Positions 49,323 through 59,773 of a stretch of DNA of 64,000 nucleotides are shown here, piece after piece. A model generated the notes under the pieces. That model saw only the letters and a program-made list of their open reading frames with translations, searched no databases and was not told the origin of the DNA. Origin of the DNA: Promethearchaeia archaeon (GTDB lineage Archaea; Asgardarchaeota; Lokiarchaeia; Sigyniarchaeales; SOKP01); contig JAWOCD010000099.1 of assembly GCA_046483985.1 (NCBI GenBank), positions 1-64,000 of the forward strand, read 5' to 3'. The stretch's first letter is position 1, and the number at the start of each line of letters is the position of its first letter. Both the position numbers and the translations under genes were made by a program.

Positions 49323-50912
49323 ATGAATCAAATAAATTATGTCATATTTTGCATCATCGATAATTGCCGTTCGACCCACTTTTTCGATTTTATTAAACGG
49401 GGGCTTCTGCCCAATATTGAAAGTTTAATGAAGAATGGTTTATATTCTAAGAACTGCATCACCGATTTTCCCTCTGTAACTTATCCCACCCAGCCCACAA
49501 TGGTGACTGGAACCTATACGGGAGATTATCGGCGAGAATTATGCCATGGAATTCCCTCCTATAGCTGGATGGGGAGAAATATTGTCCCGCCTGATTTGAG
49601 ATCCTATGGAGGGACAGGTTCGGACGAACATATCCAAGCATATAAATTAAATGAGGATTTGGGTCCCAATTGTCAGACACTTTTAGAGATGATTGATAAT
49701 GGAAACTGTACCAGTTCTACTCAATTTCTTTCTCGAGGAACAGATTATTTATTTCCAGAATCGAAAGCAAAATTAGCATTTTATTATCTTGTAATGAAGT
49801 ATGCCCGGAATGTTAAAAAAATGATGGCGCGAGCAAACACTATTGTGGTAGAAAAATTACTTGACACCTTTCGAAGACCCCAAAAGTATTTTGAGACCAA
49901 GGAAGCACCAGTTGGAAGTTTTCTCTGGTTTATGAGTTCAGATGTTTTATCACATTTATATGGATACGATAGCTTTATTTATAAGCTCAATTTATTGCAT
50001 ATAGATAAGGTGATGGGTAAATTAGTTGATAAGTTAGAAGAAATGGGATATTTAGATCAAATAGCCATTGGAATTACCGCAGATCATGGGAATTATAAGG
50101 GCAAAAGAAACGGTAATGTGCAGAAGATATTCCACCATTTAAACCTCCAGAACTATCACCCCAAACACAACAAGGAAGGAGTTATTAATATTGCGGAATA
50201 TGGAGGCGTAGGACTTTTTTATTTCAAAAGTAAAAAAAATCATGGATTGTCTGATGTTTGGTATCCCCCTTCTCTTGAAGAGTTACGTAATTTCGGCCCT
50301 AATAAAATAAATATTATGGACAAGTTATTGGAATTAGACACCACCCAGTTGATGTACTTTAGAGACAATTCTACAGGTTCAAATGAGCACGGAACCATCT
50401 ATCTCCGAAAGAAAAAAAATGGGACAGGAAAAATCATTAAAGGAAAAATAGAATTTAAGGGGAGCGGAAAAAATTTAAAAACGAGATATATAACGAATTC
50501 TGAGGACCAAGATATTTTCGGATATAATAATGACGAGCATGCAGCAAAACTGCTAGATCACCGATTTCATACAATAGATGAGTGGTTAGATGCAACTTAC
50601 CCTCTTGATTATCCACTCTATATTGACCACCTTTCCCGACACTTTAAGAACCCCCGGAGCAGCGATATTATCTTGAGTACGCAAGGAAAAACGATATATA
50701 ATATAGCACACGGCAAAAAGAAAAATGATAATATCTATACCCACGATATTGGACTCAGAAAAAGTTCTGTGGTGCCCCTCATTATTGGGGGTTCTCCGGA
50801 GATCCCTCAAAAAGAAATTCTTTATTGTAAAGGGACAGATATTGTTCCCACCTTATGCAAGATGATAGGTGTTACCCCGCATAAAAGTGTACTGGGACGA
50901 AGCTTAATTTAG
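49323..50912 (+). CDS. Alkaline phosphatase superfamily (nucleotide pyrophosphatase/phosphodiesterase)
   Basis: IIDNCR, FPSVTYPT (catalytic Thr), DVLSH, TADHG, THD...VPLII. Starts 7 bp after the MFS gene. Confidence 0.88.
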   Translation: MNQINYVIFCIIDNCRSTHFFDFIKRGLLPNIESLMKNGLYSKNCITDFPSVTYPTQPTMVTGTYTGDYRRELCHGIPSYSWMGRNIVPPDLRSYGGTGSDEHIQAYKLNEDLGPNCQTLLEMIDNGNCTSSTQFLSRGTDYLFPESKAKLAFYYLVMKYARNVKKMMARANTIVVEKLLDTFRRPQKYFETKEAPVGSFLWFMSSDVLSHLYGYDSFIYKLNLLHIDKVMGKLVDKLEEMGYLDQIAIGITADHGNYKGKRNGNVQKIFHHLNLQNYHPKHNKEGVINIAEYGGVGLFYFKSKKNHGLSDVWYPPSLEELRNFGPNKINIMDKLLELDTTQLMYFRDNSTGSNEHGTIYLRKKKNGTGKIIKGKIEFKGSGKNLKTRYITNSEDQDIFGYNNDEHAAKLLDHRFHTIDEWLDATYPLDYPLYIDHLSRHFKNPRSSDIILSTQGKTIYNIAHGKKKNDNIYTHDIGLRKSSVVPLIIGGSPEIPQKEILYCKGTDIVPTLCKMIGVTPHKSVLGRSLI

Positions 50913-51099
50913 ATAGGATCTTTATTTAATAGGCAATTGAATTCTCGGTAAATACTATTTTACATATTTTCGTGCCTTATTGGTCAAAAATTGGACAAAT
51001 CTCCCAACGAAATGGTGTTTTCTATTGGTTAAGAGTCTTGTTCCCCTTGGTTTGTCCTGGTAAAAATCATCTCAACCTAAAAGACGGGAACTTGTTTCG

Positions 51100-51756
51100 C
51101 TAAAGTAAAAGAATATAACCGTGTAGGATCATAAGAAGAGGAAAAATTAATCTTATAATTAATGCCACAAAAATTCCCAAAAGAAAAGCCACAAAAACAT
51201 CCGAGAGATAGTGGACGCCCAAATAAATTCTTGAGGTCCCCGTGAGAACTCCAACGGAGAGTGCAAGTAAAAAAGCAAGTAAGCCACCGTAACAGAGTGC
51301 CAAGGAAACCGCACTAACGGTCGCATAATATGTATGCCCGCTCGGAAAGGAAAAATCCTTTTGGGTGGTTAAGGGATTTAAAGCAAGGTGTTTATCATAA
51401 GGGCGGCGCCTTCGATATCGCTCTTTTAACGGAAAGATAATAAGTGAACTTAATCCTGCAAAAATAAGAACCAATCCCACATGGAACATTCGAAATGTGA
51501 AGCTATAAAAAACGCCAATCAAAGTCCAGAAAAATGGATATCCGAAAAGGAAAGATATAGTTTTCCAAAATAAATTACCAATTTTTGTCCTGAATTTTTC
51601 TATTCCGAATATGACATCGCTATCAAAATCCACAACAACTTCCCGTAAATCATGGAAATAATGAATCTTTTTGCCTTGTCTTTTCTTCTTAAGCTGAGAA
51701 CTGGTAGCAATATGCATTATATTTTTCTGTTGAGATCTCTCTTGCGTTCCAGACAT
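51100..51756 (-). CDS. PAP2 family lipid phosphate phosphatase
   Basis: K-x6-RP (KERYRRRRP), SFPSGH, SRIYLGVHYLSDV. Confidence 0.93.
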   Translation of the reverse strand: MSGTQERSQQKNIMHIATSSQLKKKRQGKKIHYFHDLREVVVDFDSDVIFGIEKFRTKIGNLFWKTISFLFGYPFFWTLIGVFYSFTFRMFHVGLVLIFAGLSSLIIFPLKERYRRRRPYDKHLALNPLTTQKDFSFPSGHTYYATVSAVSLALCYGGLLAFLLALSVGVLTGTSRIYLGVHYLSDVFVAFLLGIFVALIIRLIFPLLMILHGYILLL

Positions 51757-51902
51757 GATATTTTAACGTTTTTTATATATGATTATCTCATATCCATTTG
51801 TCTTTAGAAAAAATGAAATCCTATATTTCATAAGATTATTAATATTGAATCATCTTCACTATTTAAACATTTCCCCAAAGAAACAATAAGATTCTAAAAA
51901 AA

Positions 51903-52148
51903 TTAAACTTCCTTAAAGATTTTAACCGTATTATAGACCACATAGATTATCAACACGGAAATGAAAACAAAAACGAAGACAGAAAACGAAGAGAATATAT
52001 AAGGATAAATCAAGAAACCATAAATATTAACCACAGCCAAGATAGAAGCCACTAACAGAAGAGCTATCGGAAACCAATAACTTTCTTGAGGATCCGACAT
52101 ACCTTTTTCTTTTCTATCCTTTATGTTTGCATCCTTTTTATTGGACAT
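51903..52148 (-). CDS. Small 2-TM membrane protein
   Basis: 81 aa with two hydrophobic segments. Confidence 0.6.
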   Translation of the reverse strand: MSNKKDANIKDRKEKGMSDPQESYWFPIALLLVASILAVVNIYGFLIYPYIFSSFSVFVFVFISVLIIYVVYNTVKIFKEV

Positions 52149-52362
52149 AATTAAGTATGGATTAGTTTACTCTGTTAGTGATCAATTAATTTCAACTATT
52201 TAAATTTTTTTGTTAACGTAAGTAAGTTTAATTAGAGATTTGTTTAATTAAATGAATGTTTGAATAAACATTTTCCAAAATCAAAAATAATTTATAATTT
52301 ATTAATCAAATCATTAACTACAACAAAAAGAGAGAGAGGAACTTTAAAATGAAAATTAAATT

Positions 52363-53478
52363 TTAGGTTTGCTCGACTTTTGGTGGAGGAACAAATACGT
52401 TTCTCTGACCCGTACGGTCCAATATCATGGCTTCTTCAGGACAATGATACGCGCATACACCACATCCAATACATCTATTTTTATTTACAACGGCAACATC
52501 ATCTTCCAAAGTAACTGCCTCCATTGCACACATTCTGGTGCATGTGCCACATCCGATGCAATTATCTTCATTCAGTTTTGCCAGGTATGAGGTGGTAGTA
52601 TGGATGGGCATAACTCCCCGGTAAAACAGCTGGAATATTCCACAGCAACATTTACAACAGCTGCAAATTGCTTCCTCATCTCGCTCTGGGTTCTGATGAA
52701 TATGGAACGCTCTATGTACCAACCCGTGTTCTTCTGCTTCATTTAATAGGTCTTTCGCCTCTTTTTTTGAGATAGGCTTGGCAAATCCTTGTTGAATAGA
52801 AAATCGTGCGGTTTTGCCAAACGTCAGACAATTCTCGCGGGGAGCATCAATTTTACACGGATCTCCAAGTAGTTCTTTTTCATGACGACAATAACAAAGA
52901 GCCACAGCAATATTATCGAACTTGTCCACTACTTTTTTTACTTCTTCAGAGGGTAAAACGACCTCTTGTTCTATATCAATTTCTTTTTCAACAGGAATTA
53001 CTCTGTCAACGGGAGGAAAATTTTTATACTGAGGGACGATATTGTCATAATTCTTTTGAGTTCCTTCACTCATTTCCTTGAATAGCGTATCAAATAGGGT
53101 TGCTAACTTCTTATCTCGTTTTAAGGTATCAGCGGTAGACTTCTTCATTAATGAAAACTCAAATATGCCAGGAAAGGGCGGCATGAGACGATAGACCATA
53201 ACGCCAGTACTAGTACTTGGGAGTCCGGTAAGAATTCCCTTCTGCATTAATGTGGACAGCGTGTCCTCCAATTCATCTTCTGGTTTGTCGGTAGCGTCTT
53301 TAATTTGGTTAATATTAAGGTTGGGTTGGCGATTAAAAACATCAGAGATAAATCGAGCTTCTTCCTCGGTTATTAATGTTTGTAATAACTCAATTAATGT
53401 GTCGCTTACAGGGAAGGGCATTTGGCCCGCCTTTATTATTGCCCGTGCAGTTTTATACCATAATTTTTTTTTGCTCAT
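52363..53478 (-). CDS. 4Fe-4S dicluster domain protein with an N-terminal wHTH-like region
   Basis: CYCR, ICSCCKCCCG, and two CxxCxxCxxxC motifs (CIGCGTCTRMC, CIGCGVCAYHCP). Confidence 0.88.
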   Translation of the reverse strand: MSKKKLWYKTARAIIKAGQMPFPVSDTLIELLQTLITEEEARFISDVFNRQPNLNINQIKDATDKPEDELEDTLSTLMQKGILTGLPSTSTGVMVYRLMPPFPGIFEFSLMKKSTADTLKRDKKLATLFDTLFKEMSEGTQKNYDNIVPQYKNFPPVDRVIPVEKEIDIEQEVVLPSEEVKKVVDKFDNIAVALCYCRHEKELLGDPCKIDAPRENCLTFGKTARFSIQQGFAKPISKKEAKDLLNEAEEHGLVHRAFHIHQNPERDEEAICSCCKCCCGIFQLFYRGVMPIHTTTSYLAKLNEDNCIGCGTCTRMCAMEAVTLEDDVAVVNKNRCIGCGVCAYHCPEEAMILDRTGQRNVFVPPPKVEQT

Positions 53479-53588
53479 GATTTTTCCTACTTGTACAAAA
53501 TAACTTAAAATAATTCACGAAATAAGAAAGAATGGTTTGTATTAAATTTTCTAATAAATTTATTTATTAGAAAAAGGTAAGGGAGAAA

Positions 53589-54005
53589 TTAGACCGGTTC
53601 TCTTTCGAGATAATATACTTTTTCTGAACCACATTCTGGGCAGGTAGCTTTTCTATCCTTAGAAGCTTCTTCGTCTTCCCATTCATTATCGCAATTCATA
53701 CAGCCGTAGCCGACAAAACCTCGCTTATATACCACATTCCCCCCAGCAACTCGGATTGCTTTTCCCTCAATCAAAGCTCTTGTTACTTTTTGATGAGCGC
53801 TGTCTAGAATTCTGGAAAATGTGGGTTGAGAAATGTTCATCTTTTTGGCTGATGTCTGCTGATTCATTCCCACATAATGTTTTAATCGCATCGCTTCAAA
53901 CTCCGCAACGGTTATATCTATACTGTTAACATCTTGCGCATTTCGGGTAAAATAGAAATTTCTCGGAGTTCTTTTAACACGTCGCATTCGAGTCCTACGA
54001 CCCAT
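53589..54005 (-). CDS. DUF134 (UPF0251) HTH protein with a C-terminal zinc ribbon
   Basis: EFEAMRLKH..GMNQ..SAKKMNISQPTFSRIL.SAHQKV..ALIEGKAI, then CMNC...CPECGS. Confidence 0.9.
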   Translation of the reverse strand: MGRRTRMRRVKRTPRNFYFTRNAQDVNSIDITVAEFEAMRLKHYVGMNQQTSAKKMNISQPTFSRILDSAHQKVTRALIEGKAIRVAGGNVVYKRGFVGYGCMNCDNEWEDEEASKDRKATCPECGSEKVYYLEREPV

Positions 54006-54232
54006 TCTTAATCAACTAAATTTAAAATTTCTTAAATTTGTTTATATTTTTCTTCTTTTAATAATAATTATTCAATTATTATATTAAAAATTAAAAATTT
54101 TTGTAATACAAAAATTTTCGTATTATATTTTCAAGATCATTTTTATTACAAACTAAATTTTTTAATATTAAAATAATTTGAAATTTCAAAACACAGTGAA
54201 AGAAAATTAGGTACTTAGAATTTAAAATCGTC

Positions 54233-55282
54233 ATGGGCGATACACCTTCAGGGTTAATTATTGATGAAATACGGGATCTAGCGAAACCTGTAGAGTTTCG
54301 GGAAAAGGAAGAAGAGGAAGGTAACGAAGATCCACTATGGACGGAGGGAGTCATCCATCATTTGTCAAAAAGTAATTATAGTTGGAACTTTTCTTTAATC
54401 TATAAATCAGGGAATTTTGACATGATTAAATGGAAAACGGGATTCGCTTGGAAGCACATGGAAGAGGATCCCACCATAAATAAACCAATATTTATAGGTG
54501 CTAGTGCAGGAGTCTTCTTTATAGAAATCACGGAAAATATTCACGAAAACTTCGGGCATCTCAAACAATTAGTGGAAATATTTATCGAAAAAACGCGAGG
54601 TCAAGCCCCCTTCCTTATATATGCAATTCTGGAAAACAAGCAAAAAATTGCAGAACTAAAAGAAAATAATAAAATGTTTAAGAACTTAGCAATTGTCAAA
54701 AAATGGACTTCCGCAAAGGGGGGTGAATTGCGATTAGAAAATTTAACAGAAATGCAAATGAATCCGACCTATTTAATTAATGATTATTCTCAATTCATTC
54801 TCACTCATTTAGAAGGAAAAACCAGTTATCCGAATTTGGATGTTAATGAGGTACACTTTTTAGATTACGAGGATATTAGAAGCCTCAAGGAGATTGAACG
54901 ATCACTGGCTAAGCAAATCAAAGAAGGAGAAACAGTAGATCATCTTCTTTCGGAACTTATGTTTGAATATTTAGAGATGCCCCAATTCCAAGAAGAGGAG
55001 ACTGTTCCCGTTAAAGAAGGTATAGGAGAAGAGGAGGGAGAGGCAGAAGAGTTAAAAGCAAAACCCGCAAAAATTAAAGTCATTCTGGAAGAAATTCGAA
55101 AAGGTCGGCGACAATGTCCAAACTGTTTTAACAAAGATCGGGAGAAAATCCGGGAAGTATTGGATAAAGATAATGTAATTATGCAATTAGGCGGGGGATC
55201 AAATAATATTTACGGATACAAATATATATGTGGTGTTTGCGGTACAGAATGGCGAACAGAGAAGAAATGGAAAGAAGATTAA
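54233..55282 (+). CDS. Degenerate small-GTPase-like domain fused to a C-terminal C4 zinc ribbon
   Basis: IFIGASAGVFFIEIT..ENFGHLKQLVE...PFLIYAILENK resembles Rab YYRGAxGAxxVYDIT..ETFNHL..W...IMLIGNK. No GxxxxGK motif. C-terminal RRQCPNC...KYICGVCGTEW. Confidence 0.6.
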   Translation: MGDTPSGLIIDEIRDLAKPVEFREKEEEEGNEDPLWTEGVIHHLSKSNYSWNFSLIYKSGNFDMIKWKTGFAWKHMEEDPTINKPIFIGASAGVFFIEITENIHENFGHLKQLVEIFIEKTRGQAPFLIYAILENKQKIAELKENNKMFKNLAIVKKWTSAKGGELRLENLTEMQMNPTYLINDYSQFILTHLEGKTSYPNLDVNEVHFLDYEDIRSLKEIERSLAKQIKEGETVDHLLSELMFEYLEMPQFQEEETVPVKEGIGEEEGEAEELKAKPAKIKVILEEIRKGRRQCPNCFNKDREKIREVLDKDNVIMQLGGGSNNIYGYKYICGVCGTEWRTEKKWKED

Positions 55283-55411
55283 ATCATTATTTGTTCTTAG
55301 TATCATTAGAAGCAAACAAAGAAGATTGAAAATTCCTTTTCTAATTCGAAAAATTTTTAACATTTTTTTAATGATTACAACTACAACTTTCCTTATTTAA
55401 GTTAACCTTAG

Positions 55412-56593
55412 GTGTTAATAATTAATTTAGAATATGCAGAAAGAATTGGGAGATTACCGAAATACATTTTTGCTGAAATTGAAGAACTAACCCTTGAGAA
55501 AAGGAAACAAGGAGCCGATCTTATACCCTTAGGAATTGGAGATCCAGATTTAACCGCCCCAGAGATAATTGTTAATGAGATTAGGGATCAAATTAAAGTG
55601 CCAAAAAATCAAAACTATCCCTCCAGCATGGGCGAAGAGGATTTTCGCAAAACTATTGCACAATGGTATAATGTACGTTTTGGCCTTGATTTTAATTACC
55701 AAAAGGAAGTGACGAATCTCATTGGCGGAAAAGAGGGGATTGCTAATATTGCCCGAGCCTTCGTAAATCCAGGAGATGTCGTTTTATGCCCCAATCCCGG
55801 TTACCCAGTATATGCAAATGGAGCAACCAAATTATGTGACGGTAAACCTTATTTAATGCCGCTTTCAAAAGAAAACAATTTTTTACCTGATTTTGAGAGT
55901 ATTGATTCAAATGTGTTACATGAAGCTAAAATGATGTATTTAAATTATCCTAATAATCCCACGGGTGCCATTGCCCCAGAGGAGTTTCTCAAAGAAGCCG
56001 TAGATTTGGCTGAAGATTACAAATTTTTTATTGTCTATGATAATCCTTATTCTGAATTTACCTTCAATGATTATATTGCCCCTTCTCTTCTGCAGATAAG
56101 CCAAGAACATATCGAAATTAACAGCGCATCTAAAATGTTTTGTATGACGGGGTTTCGATGCGGATGGGCTGCGGGTAATGAGTTTTTAATTGAAGGGGTC
56201 CGAAAAGTAAAATCACAAATAGACTCTGGGTGTCCAAAATTTATTCAAAAAGGAGTGATTAAAGGACTTCAGCAATACGAATCAGAAAAAAAGCCATCTA
56301 TTGTACAGAAGAGTATTGATATTTATGAGAAACGGAGAGATGTATTAATTAATGGTTTAAATGAGCTAGGGTGGACGACTGATCGACCCCATGCAACTTT
56401 TTATGTTTGGACACAGATTCCCGAAGGTGAAAACAATAGTATGGAATTTGTCAAAAAATTAATTGAAGTTGGGGTTATTATTACTCCAGGAGTAGGATTT
56501 GGTAAATATGGAAAAGGATTCGTCAGATTTGCATTAACTCAACCAGTTGAGAGAATTAAAGAAGCATTAGAAAGAATAGAAAAAGTATTATAA
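55412..56593 (+). CDS. Class I/II PLP-dependent aminotransferase, LL-diaminopimelate aminotransferase-like
   Basis: LPKYIFAEI, LGIGDPD, GGKEG, PGYPVY, NYPNNPTG, DNPYSE, SASKMFCMTGFRCG. Confidence 0.88.
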   Translation: MLIINLEYAERIGRLPKYIFAEIEELTLEKRKQGADLIPLGIGDPDLTAPEIIVNEIRDQIKVPKNQNYPSSMGEEDFRKTIAQWYNVRFGLDFNYQKEVTNLIGGKEGIANIARAFVNPGDVVLCPNPGYPVYANGATKLCDGKPYLMPLSKENNFLPDFESIDSNVLHEAKMMYLNYPNNPTGAIAPEEFLKEAVDLAEDYKFFIVYDNPYSEFTFNDYIAPSLLQISQEHIEINSASKMFCMTGFRCGWAAGNEFLIEGVRKVKSQIDSGCPKFIQKGVIKGLQQYESEKKPSIVQKSIDIYEKRRDVLINGLNELGWTTDRPHATFYVWTQIPEGENNSMEFVKKLIEVGVIITPGVGFGKYGKGFVRFALTQPVERIKEALERIEKVL

Positions 56594-56627
56594 AAAGTCT
56601 TTAATTTTCCTTCCCCATCGGGAATCG

Positions 56628-56768
56628 TTATTTTTTAAGGCGTTTCGAATATTTTCTCCATAGAGCAAACGTTTTTGATTCGTCCTCGATTTCCAGCTTA
56701 TTAGAGAAAGCAGAACTCGGTTCAATATACCTGAAAGCAGATTTAGATTCCTCTTTCCTTTTTTCCAT
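56628..56768 (-). CDS. Possible small protein (MEKRKEESKSAFRYIEPSS..., 46 aa)
   Basis: Hand-translated ATG-to-TAA ORF below the track cutoff, with GGAGTG upstream. Confidence 0.35.
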   Translation of the reverse strand: MEKRKEESKSAFRYIEPSSAFSNKLEIEDESKTFALWRKYSKRLKK

Positions 56769-56962
56769 CTTCACTCCCGATTTTTTTTATTTACTTTATC
56801 TTATTTTTTTCTAATTAAAATGGTTTAATCTTATTCTAGAGTAACTGGTTATTTAAGGGTTCGATTTCCTTAAACATTATAATAATAAAATTAATAATAT
56901 TTAAGCACTTAATTAGCCCTATTTCCTTTCCCTCTTTTCATGGGTTTTCACATGCTTTTCAT

Positions 56963-57103
56963 TTACCAAGCAATATCCTTTTCTTCAGTAATGAAACATT
57001 CCGCCGGCAGTGAAAATCTTGAAGTATCAAGATACTCTCCAAGATCGTGAATTTTTTCCTTTTTAGAATGTATCTCATTAATCTTTTCACGAATGACTGT
57101 CAT
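56963..57103 (-). CDS. Possible small protein (MTVIREKINEIHSKKEKIHDLGEYLDTSRFSLPAECFITEEKDIAW, 46 aa)
   Basis: Hand-translated; GGAGG RBS about 7 nt upstream of the ATG. Confidence 0.45.
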   Translation of the reverse strand: MTVIREKINEIHSKKEKIHDLGEYLDTSRFSLPAECFITEEKDIAW

Positions 57104-57107
57104 ATAT

Positions 57108-57340
57108 TAACCTCCTTTTTTAATTATTGAACTATTTTGACCAATGGATCCCTTCGAAAGCAATATAATCCTTTCTCTCTCAAATATTATCCTTACCGAA
57201 GCAAACAAACCCAGAACACCAGAAAATAAAGAAAGAGAAAAGATTTGTTTGCTTACTTATAATAATAATACTAATCCTACAACGCCTAAAGCGCTTAAGA
57301 AAGTGCGGATTCGTAGTGTTGTATTATTATTAGAGATCAT
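57108..57340 (-). pseudogene. Probable pseudogene of a small 2-TM protein (in-frame TAA)
   Basis: MISNNNTTLRIRTFLSALGVVGLVLLL*VSKQIFSLSLFSGVLGLFASVRIIFE... The reading frame continues with a second hydrophobic helix after the stop. Confidence 0.4.
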
Positions 57341-57633
57341 TATATAATATTACCTTTTCCTCTTATTTAAATATTTTCTATCGAATGATAGAATGAATTG
57401 CAGAGATTTTAAAGCCCACGGAGTGTGTGTATCTTTCTGAAAAAAGAAATAAACTGAAACTTAAAATTATTCCCAGATTCAAAAGATTCCTTAAACTTCT
57501 TGTTATAATAATGGTGCAAGTAGCCGTGTTTAACTTTTTAGAGAACGAAGGAAAAGGGGTGATTTTATTCTTATCTTCTTACAAAAAATATAACACTTAG
57601 TCAAAAAATAAAAAAGGAAATTTATAGTTATTT

Positions 57634-59631
57634 TTATTCAACTTTCAATAATTTGGCATTTATTGCAACAATTACCGTACTAAGAGACATTAACAGAGCG
57701 CCGATGGCAGGTGAAATCACAATCCCCAAATTAATTAATACTCCAGCCGCCAAGGGGATAGCAAACACATTATAGCCCGTAGCCCAGAACAAGTTTTGGA
57801 TAATCTTGTTGTATGTGGCTTCTCCGAATTTAATGAGAGAGGATACATCCTTAGGGCTACTTTCCACTAAAATGATATCGGCCGTTTCTGCGGCAATATC
57901 TGTCCCAGATCCAATCGCGATGCCTACATCTGCCTGCGCAAGCGCTGGAGCATCATTTATTCCATCTCCAGTCATTGCCACGAATTCTCCTCGTTTTTGA
58001 ATCTCCTTGATCTTTTCGAGTTTCTCATCAGGCAATAATTCTGCAAAATAACCATCCAATTTTAATTCCTCGGAAACTGTTTTTGCGACTTTTTCATTGT
58101 CACCAGTTAGCATCCAACATTTGATACCCATTTTTTTTAGCGTGTCAATGGCTTCATAAGATTCATCTCTAATTTTATCGGAAAGGGTAACCGCTGCAAT
58201 TAGGTCTTGTCTCTCTTGAACTAAAAAAACTACAGTATCAATCGGTCCGGTCTTTAAATTTTTAGGTTCTTCGAGATCGATCTTTTCTAAATAATTAGGG
58301 CTATATATCCCGTATTTATCTCCATTCAGTGTCGCTTCTACTCCTTTTCCCTTCATTATATTAAAATTTTTAGCTTCAGGAATAGGTATATTTTTTTCTT
58401 TTGCTTTCCTTATTATTCCTTGAGCGATAGGATGTTCTGATTTTTGTTCGAGCGAGGCTGCAATCTTCAGAATCTCATCTTCATCATATTCCGTTTTAAG
58501 TGATTGAATTTTATTTACTGCAAATTTCCCCTCTGTGAGGGTCCCCGTTTTATCAAAAATTACTGTTGAGATTTTGCGGGATGCCTCAAAGGCCGACCGG
58601 TTTCGTATAAGTAATCCATTTTTAGCAGATAGGGTAGTAGAAACTGCAACAACTAAAGGAATTGCCAAACCTAATGCATGTGGACAAGTTATGACCATGA
58701 CTGTAGCCATTCGCTCTATTGCAAAATTAAAACTTTCGCCTAATAATGACCAGCTTATCAAAGTCGTAAATCCAACACTAAGGGCAATAATAGTTAACCA
58801 GAATGCTGCTCTATCTGCTAGCCTCTGATTCTTGGATTTTGAGGCTTGAGCTTCCCGTACCATATTAATAACCCTTGATAAATAGGAATCTTCACCCGTG
58901 GATTTTACCCGCACTTTAAGCGAACTATCCCCATTAATTGAACCTCCAATTACTTCTTGATCCTCTTCCCTTTTAACTGGAATCGATTCTCCGGTTAACA
59001 TAGATTCATCAATATAACTCTTTCCTTCCAGAATTATACCATCTGCGGGAATCTTTTCCCCCGGTTTTATTAAAATTTTATCTTCTTTTTTTAGTTCTTG
59101 GAGATCTACATCATTTACCTCTCCATCTTGAATTAAATGAGCCTCCGAGGGCATTAATTCAACAAGCTTTTCCAGTGCCCGTGACGCTCCAAGGATAGAA
59201 CGCATTTCTATCCAATGTCCAAGTAACATAATATCGATTAGAGTTGCTAGTTCCCAGAAAAATATATCTCCCTCAAGGCCAAATGTCACAGCAGTACTGT
59301 AAAAATAAGCAACCGAAATAGCAACGGCTATTAAAGTCATCATGCCGAGCGAACGTTCCCTAACTTCATCGATTAAACCGGAAAGGAATGGCCTTCCCCC
59401 GTAGAAAAATATCACTGAGGATAATCCAAATGAAACATACGAAATGCCAGGAAAGAGTATAGTTAATCCTGTTAAGGACTGAATAAAAGGAGAAAAAAGT
59501 AAAATCGGAATTGTTATGATAATAGAAATTATGAAGCGCCTTCGAAAATCTCTAATCATCATTCGATGATGTGCGGTTTTTGAGGTTTTTTTTCCATCGT
59601 TCATCTGATGTTCTTCTTTACCTTCTTTCAT
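57634..59631 (-). CDS. copB: Copper-translocating P1B-type ATPase (CopB/P1B-3, CPH motif)
   Basis: TGES, ITCPHALGL, DKTGT, SEHP, TGD, GDGINDAPAL, YN...MSLST. Confidence 0.92.
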   Translation of the reverse strand: MKEGKEEHQMNDGKKTSKTAHHRMMIRDFRRRFIISIIITIPILLFSPFIQSLTGLTILFPGISYVSFGLSSVIFFYGGRPFLSGLIDEVRERSLGMMTLIAVAISVAYFYSTAVTFGLEGDIFFWELATLIDIMLLGHWIEMRSILGASRALEKLVELMPSEAHLIQDGEVNDVDLQELKKEDKILIKPGEKIPADGIILEGKSYIDESMLTGESIPVKREEDQEVIGGSINGDSSLKVRVKSTGEDSYLSRVINMVREAQASKSKNQRLADRAAFWLTIIALSVGFTTLISWSLLGESFNFAIERMATVMVITCPHALGLAIPLVVAVSTTLSAKNGLLIRNRSAFEASRKISTVIFDKTGTLTEGKFAVNKIQSLKTEYDEDEILKIAASLEQKSEHPIAQGIIRKAKEKNIPIPEAKNFNIMKGKGVEATLNGDKYGIYSPNYLEKIDLEEPKNLKTGPIDTVVFLVQERQDLIAAVTLSDKIRDESYEAIDTLKKMGIKCWMLTGDNEKVAKTVSEELKLDGYFAELLPDEKLEKIKEIQKRGEFVAMTGDGINDAPALAQADVGIAIGSGTDIAAETADIILVESSPKDVSSLIKFGEATYNKIIQNLFWATGYNVFAIPLAAGVLINLGIVISPAIGALLMSLSTVIVAINAKLLKVE

Positions 59632-59773
59632 ATTTTTTCACATAAATTAATATCTTAAACGCAAAAAGAAAAACTAATTTTTAACAAAATTCCTTATAGA
59701 TTATAAAAATCTTGTGAAATTTTAGGGGGAAAAAAAGAAAAGAAAGGGATAAATTATGAGTTGAATAAATCTC

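Noticed and set aside
57395-57435. AAAGCCCACGGAGTGTGTG as an IS left-end remnant
   Set aside because: The hairpin is incomplete, there is no TTAC/TTAT at the expected spacing, and there is no second copy.
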